DNA from: Aduncisulcus paluster
Taxonomy: Eukaryota
Length of the DNA: 41,161 nt
Assembly: GCA_024181965.1 (NCBI GenBank)
Contig: BQXS01010044.1
Location: 1 to 41,161 of the forward strand
Direction: 5' to 3'
In this document: positions 10,550 to 23,200 of the stretch, one piece after another
Layout of the letters: each line of letters begins with the position of its first letter
Position numbering within the stretch: position 1 is the stretch's first letter
The notes under the pieces: generated by a model
Seen by the model: only the letters and a program-made list of their open reading frames with translations
The model's database searches: none
Told to the model about the DNA's origin: nothing
Position numbers and translations under genes: made by a program

Positions 10550-10728
10550 TAATCTTAAATTATCTGAACATTTCAAAGATTGAGAAATATTTTCTCGAGG
10601 ATTTTGACTCAGTAAATCTGTGAATTGATTGTGTGATCTGGATCTCCCATTCTTACGAAGTACATGCGAGAGAATCCTTGATTCGTGAAATAAATAGAGT
10701 GGACCAGAAAATATATCAATTCATAACT

Positions 10729-10783
10729 TACGACTCGTATGTCTCATTCGGAATGAGACACATGAAATTCACACGTGAATTTC
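10729..10783. repeat. Three near-abutting palindromes
   Basis: TACGA-c-TCGTA, TGTCTCATTC-g-GAATGAGACA and GAAATTCAC-ac-GTGAATTTC. Confidence 0.9.
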
Positions 10784-11201
10784 CACCAAGAATACAAAAA
10801 GAATGTCAGGTAAAGCGAGTGGAATCATTTTATATAGTCCAGAAAACTCAAAATGCACGAGAAAATTGATTGAACAAACCAATACACACTGACATTGTGA
10901 AAGAATGTGAAACTATCAGGGAACCAGGATCTAATATTCAGCTATATATTTTGTTTCTTGTATATATATCTATAAACAGCAACTTATATACATTATAATG
11001 TCTTGACCCCTAATATTCAACGAGAAATATGATTTTTTGCATTTCTCGTCAATTTACTTAAAGTTTCATGAATTTGATATTTAATCCTTTAATTAAAACC
11101 TTATAAACACTTAAAAATTATTTATTGGAAAATTTATATGGTCAGGGAAAATGATTAAAAAAATTCCAGCAATTTCTTTGCATATTGTCCATTTTGTGAT
11201 A

Positions 11202-14200
11202 ATGCGACTTCAATTTTATATCATTTCAATATTTATTGTACTATTTAACCTATTTTTGGGATCTAATTCCGAAAATATCTCTTCTTTTATGATGATTGCA
11301 GAAGAGGAAAAGGTTACATTCAATTCCATTGATTCAAAGCTTTATATTTTCAATCAAGATTCTATTTCCGATCTTCAACGTGCAAATCCTGATGAACTTG
11401 AGAGAGTTCACTTTTATGGTCTGAGTGGGTCGGAAATTCGTTTGTATTCGAACGAAGTTCAAAGTTCTGGGAATTCAAGTGTATCCTATTTTAACCCACC
11501 TCTCCTCGATTCTGTTTCCATCCTTGATACCTCTGGTGCCGAAGTTACTCTCCCAATACTTTTCGGTGGTCCTGCTAATTCTCTTGTAGAGTATGAAGAA
11601 TCATCTCCGGAGGCCCCAGATGTCATTTCATTGGTTCCATTAGATGCTGCAAATGCAATTGATCATGCTTCTCTCGGAACAATTCCCATTTCCACCATTG
11701 GAATACATCCTGAGGTTCCAAATGGAAGGTATCTCTTATTTATTTGCGAAGCGGCATTAAACAGGGCTGTGATTGATTATTACAATGAAAATATGATCCA
11801 CATTCTAACAGTACGATTCACTGATGTGACTTGTGATACTTCGATGAAACTACACCTTAAATATGATAGTGACAATGGTATTAATCTTGCCATTGTTGAT
11901 GAAACAGCCACTACAATGTATGCAAGCGTGTATTCAACACCTCTTGGTGACATGCATGTTGCTAATTATTTCCCCGTAACCTCTGGTTCTCCCAACATTG
12001 AATTGGGAAGAAAAACCAACGATCTATTTCGAATTCATTCAACTCATTCATGTGACTTGCCCATTTCTGAATCTTCACCATGTCTGGCCAGTTTTCGAAG
12101 GACCGATTCCATGATTTTGCCACATGAGGATGAGAACACGTATTTCGGTGAACTGGCGCTCATTAGTCGGTTAGGAGTTGCTGCCAGTTACGCTATATTC
12201 TCATCCATTGCTTCCATGTTCCAAAGTCTCTCCAATGGTACTGCTAGTACCCTTCCCTCTGCTGTGAGTGTCCCCCTGAGCGATGGAACATTACAAAGCA
12301 TTTCAACAATCAGAGTAACATGTACGGAGTACCATGACACGTACGAGTTCATCAGTGGTGTCAACACTATTTATACAATTGAAACTTCCTACACCTATCC
12401 CAGGACTGAGGAGGAGTTTCCCTTGGCCAACGATAGTGATGTTCGCATTGGTATTCTTATCCTCAGTTCCTCTTCTATGATATGTGTCTGGTCTCAGGGT
12501 GGAGCTGATCTCTCCTCTTGTGTCATGATTGCCTACAACAATGTCGATACGGGTGAGTTCAACGTGTCTGCAGTGAGATATGACAACAATGGTGCCAACA
12601 GCGATGATGATTTGGTCTGGGTTACAGCTACTCTGGACGATTCCTCTCAGTTCTTGGGAGATTTAACTAGTATTACAGATATGACTCTCAAGGTGAGTCC
12701 TTCAATGTTCAAAGGAAGAATATCAGATTATTTTGTCTTTGAAATGTCAACCAAATCATATTGGCCAGAGTCTTTGCTCCCTTTGAGTCTTGACGCTCTG
12801 ATATCGGCTACAGACGATGAATTGGCAGCCGCTACCGATGCCTATCTGTATGCAGAGGCCTCAATGGAGGCTGTCACTGGCGATGCTCGTATCCTCATCG
12901 ACTGTGAACGTACCTCTGCTTCCTCCACTACTGAGCTTGTCTATGCTTCCAACCTCTCCTATACCTGTGAGAGTGTTGATGGAAGCACTGCTGGCACGAA
13001 AGATGTCAATTTGACACTATACTCCTACGTTGGGGATGAGATTGTTCACGANNNNNNNNNNNNNNNNNNNNTGATATCGGCTACAGACGATGAATTGGCA
13101 GCCGCTACCGATGCCTATCTGTATGCAGAGGCCTCAATGGAGGCTGTCACTGGCGATGCTCGTATCCTCATCGACTGTGAACGTACCTCTGCTTCCTCCA
13201 CTACTGAGCTTGTCTATGCTTCCAAACTCTCCTATACCTGTGAGAGTGTTGATGGAAGCACTGCTGGCACGAAAGATGTCAATTTGACACTATACTCCTA
13301 CGTTGGGGATGAGATTGTTCACGAGGTGTCCATCATTGGTGTTGATTCGACTGGCTCATTCAGTTGTCTTGATCAGGGGCTTCCTTATCTATACGGTGCA
13401 TATGACTCAAACCAAGTCAAAATGTACAATGTGGGTCTTATGGTGAATGAAGAGAATGAGTATTTGGTTGAGTTCACAGCTTTGTTCTCTGTTAATGCTC
13501 TTGGTGTCGTGTCTGTTGCTCTTCACGGAACAGGTGATGCTCTGGGAGGGTCTACACCTCTTGATGATATCAGAGTGCTCGGTACTACTAGAAATCCTCT
13601 GATCCCTCTCTCCTCCTCTGGATCCACTCCACCAGATCCTCTTCCGGAGGCTACAATCACCCATTTCGATGAGAATCTCACCCTTGGTTCTGGGACATAC
13701 GTTTACTCCATCTCTGTAATGTTCGACAGCGACAACACGACAACGGATATGTGTGTGGTTAAATATCACCCTAGCTATTCAATGAAGTTTATGGAGACTG
13801 CCGATATTCAGGCTGGAATCTGGACTTCTCAATGGTTCCCCAATCTTGGATATCAAAACACTTTGGCTGTTCGTGACTCCACCCTTGCCGTGACTGATGG
13901 CGGATGTTCATTGGACTCCACCAACTGTCTTGTATTTAGCAGGAAGATTCCTATCATCACAGATGGGACTACACCCTTCCTCGCCGAGTATGGATTTGTC
14001 AAGACTGAGATTGATGATAATGGGGACGTCGATAAGATTATCCTTGTGCTAGAGGGATCCCGTACAGACGAAGCTGTGAGTGGAGTCCTCTATGTTACTG
14101 TGGAGAATGCCTTCCGTGGAGATGTTCAAGAGATTGAGACTATGTCCACTTTATCGGGCAACGCCAAGAATTCAACAGAAATCAAGAACTTCTTCAATGT

Positions 14201-17200
14201 TTTCTCTGCACAATGTAATGCCAATGGTGACAATGCAAGCCATTATCCTGCCGTAACTTTTATTGTCTATTCCACTGGTTCCATTGAAGTCATAGCTAAT
14301 GTATCTTTGCCTCACTTGAGCACTTCTCTTGACCCTGGATATGGCGTTGATGGTGCTTGGCCTCTCCGTACAGACATTGACTCCCTGACTTCCTCTCTTT
14401 CTAAAGTCTATGTGTCCATTCCTGCAAGTGATTTCTCATATTATGACCCACCTGCTTCCTTGTATGACCGTGATCTCGAGACAATCGCCATGGACTTGTC
14501 TGCTCAGGCATCATACAGTGTCATCTTCTCCCCTGTCATGTACTTTGACTCTTATGATCCTCCAACCCTCATTGTGAACTACAATTCCTGTGACCCTGAG
14601 AGTTTGTCCTGTGACCACGGTGTGTGTTCTGCTTCCCAAAGTAACTCTTGTTCATGTGATGGAGAGTGGAAGATTAAAACCGGAACATCGGTGTGTAGTT
14701 CAAGAAATACAACTGTATCTGATTGGACGACATATACAAACCCTTTCTCTTACAAATACTCCATGGCAAATGCTCTCGAGGTTCAATATGATGAATTCTT
14801 ACTGAAAAAGAATAGTTATCTGGATATTGTTCGTAGTTTTGTTCAGGATAAGCGTATCTTCGTGCGTGGGGAGACAGGGTCAATTGTTAGGGTCTGGTCT
14901 GAATCTCCCACCATCGAGAGTGGAACTGTGACTCCTACATTCTTGCCTGATGTCAGCCTATACCTTTATGACTCTTCTTATGACATGTACTTCACTCAGT
15001 ATTTCAGTGGCTATTCCTTTGATCAGCTTTCTCTTGTTAGTTCCATCACTGAGCACATTCCTGTGGGAATTGTATGGACATCCATGACACCTGATAATAA
15101 CTCAACCTCTGAGGAGAATCAACTCATATCCCTCAAACCACCTCTGCCTGTTGCTGTGGGTTCTGTACAGGAATCTGTTGAGGATACCCGTGTGTTCTAT
15201 GTACAATTCTTCAAGTCCTTCACTGATTCATCCACGTCTGGGCTAGGAAGTATCAGTATTGGGCTCAACTTGTTTGATGAATATGAGGATGAGGTTGGAC
15301 AGATTGTATTCTTCTCTGGACTCATGAATGAGGATAACTACAATGAAATCGATAGTATGAGTGTGGCTGTCGATGTTGATCCATCTTCTGATTCCTACGA
15401 TCTGTTTAATATAACCACATCACGTGCTCCTGGAGGTCATTGGTTCACTCTATTGAATTCTTCGAGTGTGATGCTCAGTCTCATTCACATGGATTACCTT
15501 GGAAACGTCTTCATGTTCGCCTCTCTTGGAACAACAGACATTCCAGGCCTCGTGTTTTCAGATTTATCGAAACCTTCATTCTTTGGAGTTTCTCAGTCTT
15601 CTATTTCTGGACTGTCTCTTGTGAACAGTTCCTATTCCTTTGTTCGTTTCACCCCTACCATATACTCTTCCTCTAATCTTGGTTCCCTTGGACCCTGGAC
15701 AGGTAGAACTTACTGTAGAAATGGAGTTGTCGATGACACTAACTATGCATGCGATTGTACCTCATCCTACACGGGATCCATGTGCACTGAATCTGCTTGT
15801 TCCGACTCTGAGATTAACCTGTGTCTATATTTAGCTGGAGGTATCTCTGAGGTATGTGATGTTAATAATTATATGCTAACTGTGGACACTTCTGGGTATT
15901 TCGTTGGTTTAGGACCATCACAATCTGAAAGTTCCACACGCACAAATGGTCCTTACTGCCGTATTCTTGTCCCCAAGAACAAGACTCTGTACATCCAAGG
16001 TGGAGACGTTTCTGGCACTATATTTGTGCTGGATAGCGCTGTCCTTGGATTCATTGGTCGTCAGTTCACATATGAAGAGGATGACATTACTAAATTTAGT
16101 GTAACAGGTCATCCCGTGTTCCAGTATGATCAAGGAGAGTCAGACCACACGTATCAAGTTGTTTTCCCCCCAGATTCCTACAGTTCTGACTCTGATGACT
16201 GTTGCAATACTTCTTCTGATATGATTACATTCCCTGCTGTCGATAGCGCAAATATGATTGAATATGGAAATGAATATGATCTTCCGTTTCCTCTTCCCGT
16301 GCCTTCTAACTTTGTAACCACGGTCTCTTGGAGTATTGAAGACAGTGACATTGTGTGGTGTTTCAATGGTATCTACGGATCTACTCCTTCTGGAGCTGAA
16401 TCTGACTGCCCTTTCAAGATTACTGGTACTGCGTATGGTGAAGGTATTAGTTCCTCAACTGTTTCTGTTATTGCTGATATCGTCAACCTCAGTGATAGCA
16501 TGGAAGTTGGTGAGATGGATTTCTATGTTCAGAATCTTGATGGTGGTCTTGAGTATCTTCTCAAAATTATGGACAATGGAGCCATTATTATCCAATACAG
16601 CGCTGGGAGTTCAAGCACATACAGCGGTGATGTGTCTATTTCTTTCGGTAGTGGTTCTTCCTCATATCTCACCATTGACACTGACACATATGGCATCTCC
16701 TCACACGTTGGACAAATTGTCTCTTTCATCCCTGTGCTCGATTCAACCACAGTGAGTTCTGCCATCACTTTCCTTCCCCTCACATGTGTTAATGGGTCAG
16801 TGTCTGTCAATGATGGCGAGGCGACGTGTGAATGTGATGACAGATGGACGGGCGACGCTTGTGATCTCTGCACCCTCGCTTATTGGGGTGATGAGTTGGG
16901 AGGCTGTGAGACTCCGAATTGTAATGATCAGTGTTCTCCTGACCGTTGTGTGGCCATTTCCAATGATGCTGCCATCTGTGCTTGTAGTTTTTCCACTTCT
17001 GACGATGAGTTTGAAGATGTCACGATTCCTAATCCACTTTCTAGAACTATATTCTACGGTGGAGCTGAAGCCGATCTTGAACTTCTTGTCGATAATGAGG
17101 ATGAGATTTATGATGCCCTGAGATATGGAACCACTCACGAGTACGTGTGTGCTGTCGTTGCTGGTCCTTCAACTACAGCTATTCTGAGAGGTGTCAGTGT

Positions 17201-20200
17201 GGCAGGAACTGTCGTGCTCTCTTCATCGGCTCAGTTATCGATCGAGGGAGCAGTCTTTATTGTTAACGGACAACATGTTCTCTCTAAATCACTCCTCAGT
17301 GCAGCGCAGAAGGCATCGCTTCTCACAGATATGTATTCAGGAATTGTACGCTGGAACTATGTTGATGAGTTCGATCCTTACGTTGGCTCTCCTGAATTGG
17401 CTAGTTCTTTTACATCAAACTCATTCCATTCAGCTTGTATTGTTTCAAACCCAGGGAGTTATTCAATTGAGACTGACTCTGGTGGTGATACTCTCTATGA
17501 CCTTGAATTCACCTGTGAGGACTCGTATGAAACTCGTATCATCGATGGATCTGTCTCTCTTGTCCGCGGAAGCTATATTGATGATGTCATTGGACTGATA
17601 GCCTCCTACACGTCGGCCGAGTGTGGGGAAGGTCAGACCTCCTGCATATTCGACCTTCCTGTGTGGGACTTCCCTCTCTATGGAAGCTCTGTTGTTGCTC
17701 TTCAGCTCTACATTGGAACTGTCCGTCTCCTCGATGATAATGGAGATGTCATTGGAACTCTCACCCCTGTCAATGCTGAGGTTTCTGCACCGTATAATAT
17801 ATATTTCGACACGAGGGAGACAGATTCTGATTGTCCGTGCTGTGATCATCGTTTAATCATCCAGAGTGACATTGAGACTCTTTCTTATAAGGCTACGGTA
17901 CAGATATCCATGTACAGAACTGGATCCATTTCTCTTGACTATAAAGTTGACTCCCTCACTGCAATTGATGGAAGAATCAGGCCTGAGCTTGCTGTATCAG
18001 GGAAAAGTCCTCCCGATTTCGAGGTCCCCAGTGAAACATCTGTCTCTGTCGATACTGTTAGTCAACTGACTGGGTGCAGTTCTGTCGCTTCTGAAGAAGA
18101 TGCTGGTTTCGAGTTTTCCTTAAACCTTTTGGCTGCTTCTCAGTCCTCGAGCCTTGTTGTCCCCGCCACCCAATGCTCCAATCCTTGTGTCTTTGGTGAG
18201 TGTGAGGTCAATGAAAGTGACGAGAGAGTCTGTGCTTGCAGTGTTCGTTTTGATGGAACATACTGTTCTTCTTGCATTGGAGGGTGGGACTCTAGTGGAG
18301 CCACAACCTTCATTGGAATGGCCACCACCGAGACTGCCTGTTCCACTGCGACTTGTTCTTTCTTCAGTTTCTGTAATTATCATGGAGAATGTGATGGAGA
18401 TAGTTTGACTGGTGTTCAGGAGTGTCTGTGTGCCGATGGTTATGTCGGAAGTTCATGTGATGCTGCTACTCCAACTGTGGAGTGTGATGCCGATTGTGAG
18501 AATGGAGGGTTCTGTTATGGTGGAACATGCCAGTGTCCTGATGGATTCGGAGGGACGTATTGTGATGAGTATGAATGTGTTGATGGATGCTCAGAGTCCA
18601 TTGGAGGAGGAGAATGTGACACGTCCACCGGTGTGTGTTCTTGTAATGATAACTTCAGTGGCGATACTTGTTCCGTTTATACCTCAGATGAATCATGTCA
18701 GTTTGGAGTCTCAAATGGATCTGGATGCACTTGTCAGACCAACTATAATGGAACTTACTGCCAATGTTACAATAACTGTAGCACCCATGGTATGTGTCGT
18801 GAGTGGGGATGTGAATGTGAGGATGGGTACAGTGGAGATGGATGTTCTGTTGGAGAAGAACCCACAATCGAGGATGTGTCTGTTGATCTTGATACTAATA
18901 CGATCACTATCACCTTCGAGAATGCTGTGTCACTGTCCTCTCTCGATGATGATGAATTAGACTTTGATTGCACCCTTATATTCGATGCGGATACATATTT
19001 TGGATCCTGCGATCTCTCTTCTACTGGTGACGGTCAGCGTGTTCTCCATGAAAGGATGACTTGCTCAAGGAATGAATCGGGAACTCAGATGATCATTACG
19101 CCCGGCTATGCCAGTTGGTTGGCACCTGGGATGGTCTTGAGCATGTCCTCTGAGGTTGTTAGTCGTGTCACTCGTCTTTCTGCCGACGGACTTGAGGTTG
19201 ACCTCGATCGCAATCTTTTCCCACCTCAGAACCCCCCCGTTATCTCTCCATTCTTCATTCAGTCCTCTGTATGTGTCTGTGAAAACGGTGGGGGCGATGA
19301 CATTCCCATTGAAGTGAGTGCTATCTGGTATAAAGGTTGGGGACGTGCAATTACTTCGTTCTCCCTTGTGATTGAAGAGGAGCTTATGGATACTTACACC
19401 AATGAACTTGATGATCTTCTGAAGGATAACTCTACTAATATTATTTCAGATGATCCGACGGAATGTTCCTCAAAGTTTATCACCGACTTCAGTATTCCTG
19501 GATTACTTTTGTATAACCTCAAGGCCGCCGGGCATGATGAGCTTGTCATCTCCGTTCGTGCTTACAGTATGTTCAGTGTTGCTAGTGCCGAGTTGGAATT
19601 CACGATTGAGTTGAGCTATGAACCCGTTGTAACTGCCTTCGTTACTCGTGGTCTTGAGGAGTACCCTTATTCATATGATTTCTTGTACCCTATCCGAGTG
19701 AAGGAAAGTCTATGTAAAGGTGATTTGATTTCTAACGAAGTTACCTTCAACGCTGTGGACTTTGACTCGACTTCTGCGGATGATGATGTTTCTTTCCCTT
19801 CTGTTACTCCTCTTGTATATAAATGGTCTTGTGTAAATGCCAAAGCCAATGATACGTTCACGTACGATCGACCAGATCTATATGCAACTTCTCTCTCACT
19901 TATCCAGGATGTTTACTCTTGTAGTTTTACAATCAAGAACAAAGGTAATCCACTCCCCATCTTCACAAACTCTCTCGAATACGAGGCTAGGCCTGCCAAC
20001 CTGGGTCTCAGTGTTGTTGAGTCTACCGATGCAAATGTTATGATATCATCGACATCTGTTCACCCATCCGAATCAGTCGAGTTGCTCATTGAGCCCAAGC
20101 ACACCATGGAGTATTTGTCTGATTCAGATCTCGATACCAAGTCGATCCAAATCAATTGGTATGTCAATGATTCTGATGGTAGACTCACATACTGGTCCGA

Positions 20201-23200
20201 CTCTGAGCGTTTGGCGTTTCACGTGCCTGAATATGTCGCCGAAACTGTGTCTTTCACTGCTCACGGGCTGAGTTGGGTTGACGGAGACAGTGAGATTGGC
20301 TTCATCGAGCACATTGCCCATATTGTGTCCCAACAAGGAGATGTGAGAGTTGTGAATGGAGAGGAACGTAACCGGGGTGGTATTCGTGTTGAAATCTTTG
20401 GTCCGAGTCATATTCATGTTGGAGCCGCCGTCTCGATTGTCTCCCGGTTATCTGTGATTGATAAGAATAATAATATTCTGCAGATTGAAGAAATGCCTGA
20501 ACAAATCAATGGAATCGTCCTTAAGTGGTCATGTGATAGTATTTCTGATGATGACTTAATCACTTTTTCTCGTGAGGGTTCTTTGAATCTGTCAAGGCTT
20601 TCTTTCACTGGGGAAGATACCCGAAAGATAATTTCTCAGACTGGAGGTGAAGAGATTCAATTTGTTCTCTCTGTTTCTCGTGATAGTGAGTATGATGACG
20701 ATGATTCTCTCATTCCCATTGACACTGAACTCCCCTACACCATATTGGTGGATTCATTCCTTACCTTCTCGAGACAACTCGATTTGAGTAGTGAATCTCT
20801 TGACGACGCTACCACTCTCCTCGATGGTTCCGAGGCCAATCCTTTCTATTGTGATGCTATGAGTTATGAATTACACGGATCTGCCAATGATACGTGTGCC
20901 TCTGAGAATATCAAGTTCAATGTGGACACGAATACTATATTCTGTGATCAGACAGATTTTGTTGCCGGTTCCATGCCACTTTCAACCGGTAAAATATCGT
21001 TCACTCTTGATCCTGTGGCTTTCCCTGAAGGAATCCCTGCCAACATTGGAATGGTATTGCATTCTGACGAAGGTAATACACCCTTGATTGATAACATTTC
21101 ACAACCTTCAATGGATATTTATGTGCCTTGTTGGACTGTGATGGGCATGAGTGAGGATACATCTCAGGCCGTTTCTCTCGAGACAACTCTTAGCACCAGT
21201 GGAGGAAGCCGTGTCTCCGAGACGAGGGAGATCTATTTCCAGCGTGGCACAGCAGACCTTGAACTTGCTGGTACTGATATCTCAGCAGATATCTATCTGA
21301 CTGCTATGAAACAGTCAATCGCTCGCACAGCTCTTATCATCAGGGAGGCCAGATACAGATTGTTGGACATTCAGGTGCACTTTGATTCATACACAATGAG
21401 TGAAGCTGCTTCCCGTTATTTGCTGCGGCTTGTTGCGATGACCTTGGAAATTGATGAGATTTTCGAGGAAGCAATTGATGATGGCCTCGATAGTTCTTCG
21501 GACACCTTCTCTGAACTTCTTGCTGCTGGATTGTACTCCGTCCAAGGTATCTTTGAGTTCGCTCAATGGTTCAGCGACAATATCACTGATGAGGATTCCC
21601 TGCTCTATGGTCAGTTCCACACTCCTTGGTATGCACAAGTCTTTGCACTCCTCATGAAGTCACTTCGAATGATTGTCCACACATATACACACATCTTGAG
21701 TGCATTGCCCAATGAAGGAGGGTTATCTGCTAACCTTGATATTGTTGAGAAGGTTTTTTCCCTTGTTTCCTCCAATGATCTCCATTTGTTGTCGTCTCCA
21801 CCGTCAAGGATTGATCAGTTTTCTGTCGTCACAATATCCCAACTCATGATTGTTCTTGTATCAAACCTCCCAACCATTGAGAATTACATCACATCGCAGA
21901 TCGCTGAACACTTTGTCTATACTTTGTATTACTTTGCGAACAATGATATGATGCCTATTCAATACGCTCTCCAACTGATGCAAAGTACTGTGACCAAACT
22001 CTATCTCTGGGATGAGGTTAAGTCTTCTGACATACCAGAAGACTTTGATTTGATAATGGGGACTGCTCCACTGTATCATTACTTTAAGGAAGCTATCACA
22101 ACAACAGCTGGGGCCTCCATCTCGATTGATATGGGAAGTTTGGTCGATACTGATAATAACTCTGTAGGGCTATTTGATACTATTGTGTATTCATACATTT
22201 ACCATCTGAACGAATCACAGGCCACAGACTTTGCATACAGATACAAGCTTCCCAATGTCACTGAAGAAGAGTTTGTGGCTGCTCTTGATTGCTATCCACT
22301 CATCATCGGTCTCACTGATGAGTCTCTGCAGGCTTTCTCTTGTCAGAACGATGAGTTATGTATCGAGTACACTATTCCAGCCATCCCTTCTGGAAACTCT
22401 GTGTCCGAAAACGGTAGTTCTCTTGAAAAAGAAGAGACTGAGTACATTATTATTGAATCCCCAACCACTCCGACGATAGCTGATGGTGCTATTGTCCACC
22501 CAGGGACTCCCAAATATGATGCAGATGCCAATGTTTGGAGATTTAAAGTGAATCAGAGTGGAATGTACGCCGTCGTCCACCGGTCTGTGTATATCAAATC
22601 TGGCTTCAAGATGTTCCTATTCATTGGTGGTTTCTCCGTTGTTGGAATTTTGCTCATTTTAGCTATATTGTTAATTGTGAGGAAAGCTCATAAGAAGCAT
22701 AGGAGATCTCACCCTCGTAATAATTATGGACTTTTGACCTCTGAAGGGAAGAAAGCGGTCAAATTCTTGCATTTTTATGAGAGGAAACTTGCCAATATGA
22801 AGCAAAAAGCTGAGAAGGCAAAGACGAAGACTGTTGATATTCCCGAGGAAGAGTTTCGTGAAATTGGAACTATTGAAAATATGATTATAAACCTCAAGTC
22901 TGACCTTGAGAGTGGAAAGTACAGTGTTCCTCAATCTTCCGATATTCAAGTCCACGAGGTATCTGCTGGAAAAGAAGAGGAAGCTATTGTGAAGTCCACT
23001 AATCTTACTGTCGACGGAGAGGAGAAAGGAATGCCGATGCAGGGACTTTATGGGGATATTGACGATCTTGTCAGTGTGGATGAAAGTGATTCCAGATCTC
23101 AAGGAAAAGCTTCTCTTGAATCAATCCACGATTCAGTGCCCAAACAGGAACAGGAAATTATTCCTGTTACTCATCAGCATTCTCCATCTCACTCTCACTC

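Noticed and set aside
18170-18850. Teneurin/tenascin or Giardia VSP-type call for the giant protein
   Set aside because: Only the EGF repeats are shared. I see no YD/NHL repeats, FN3-fibrinogen domains, CXXC-rich body or CRGKA tail.
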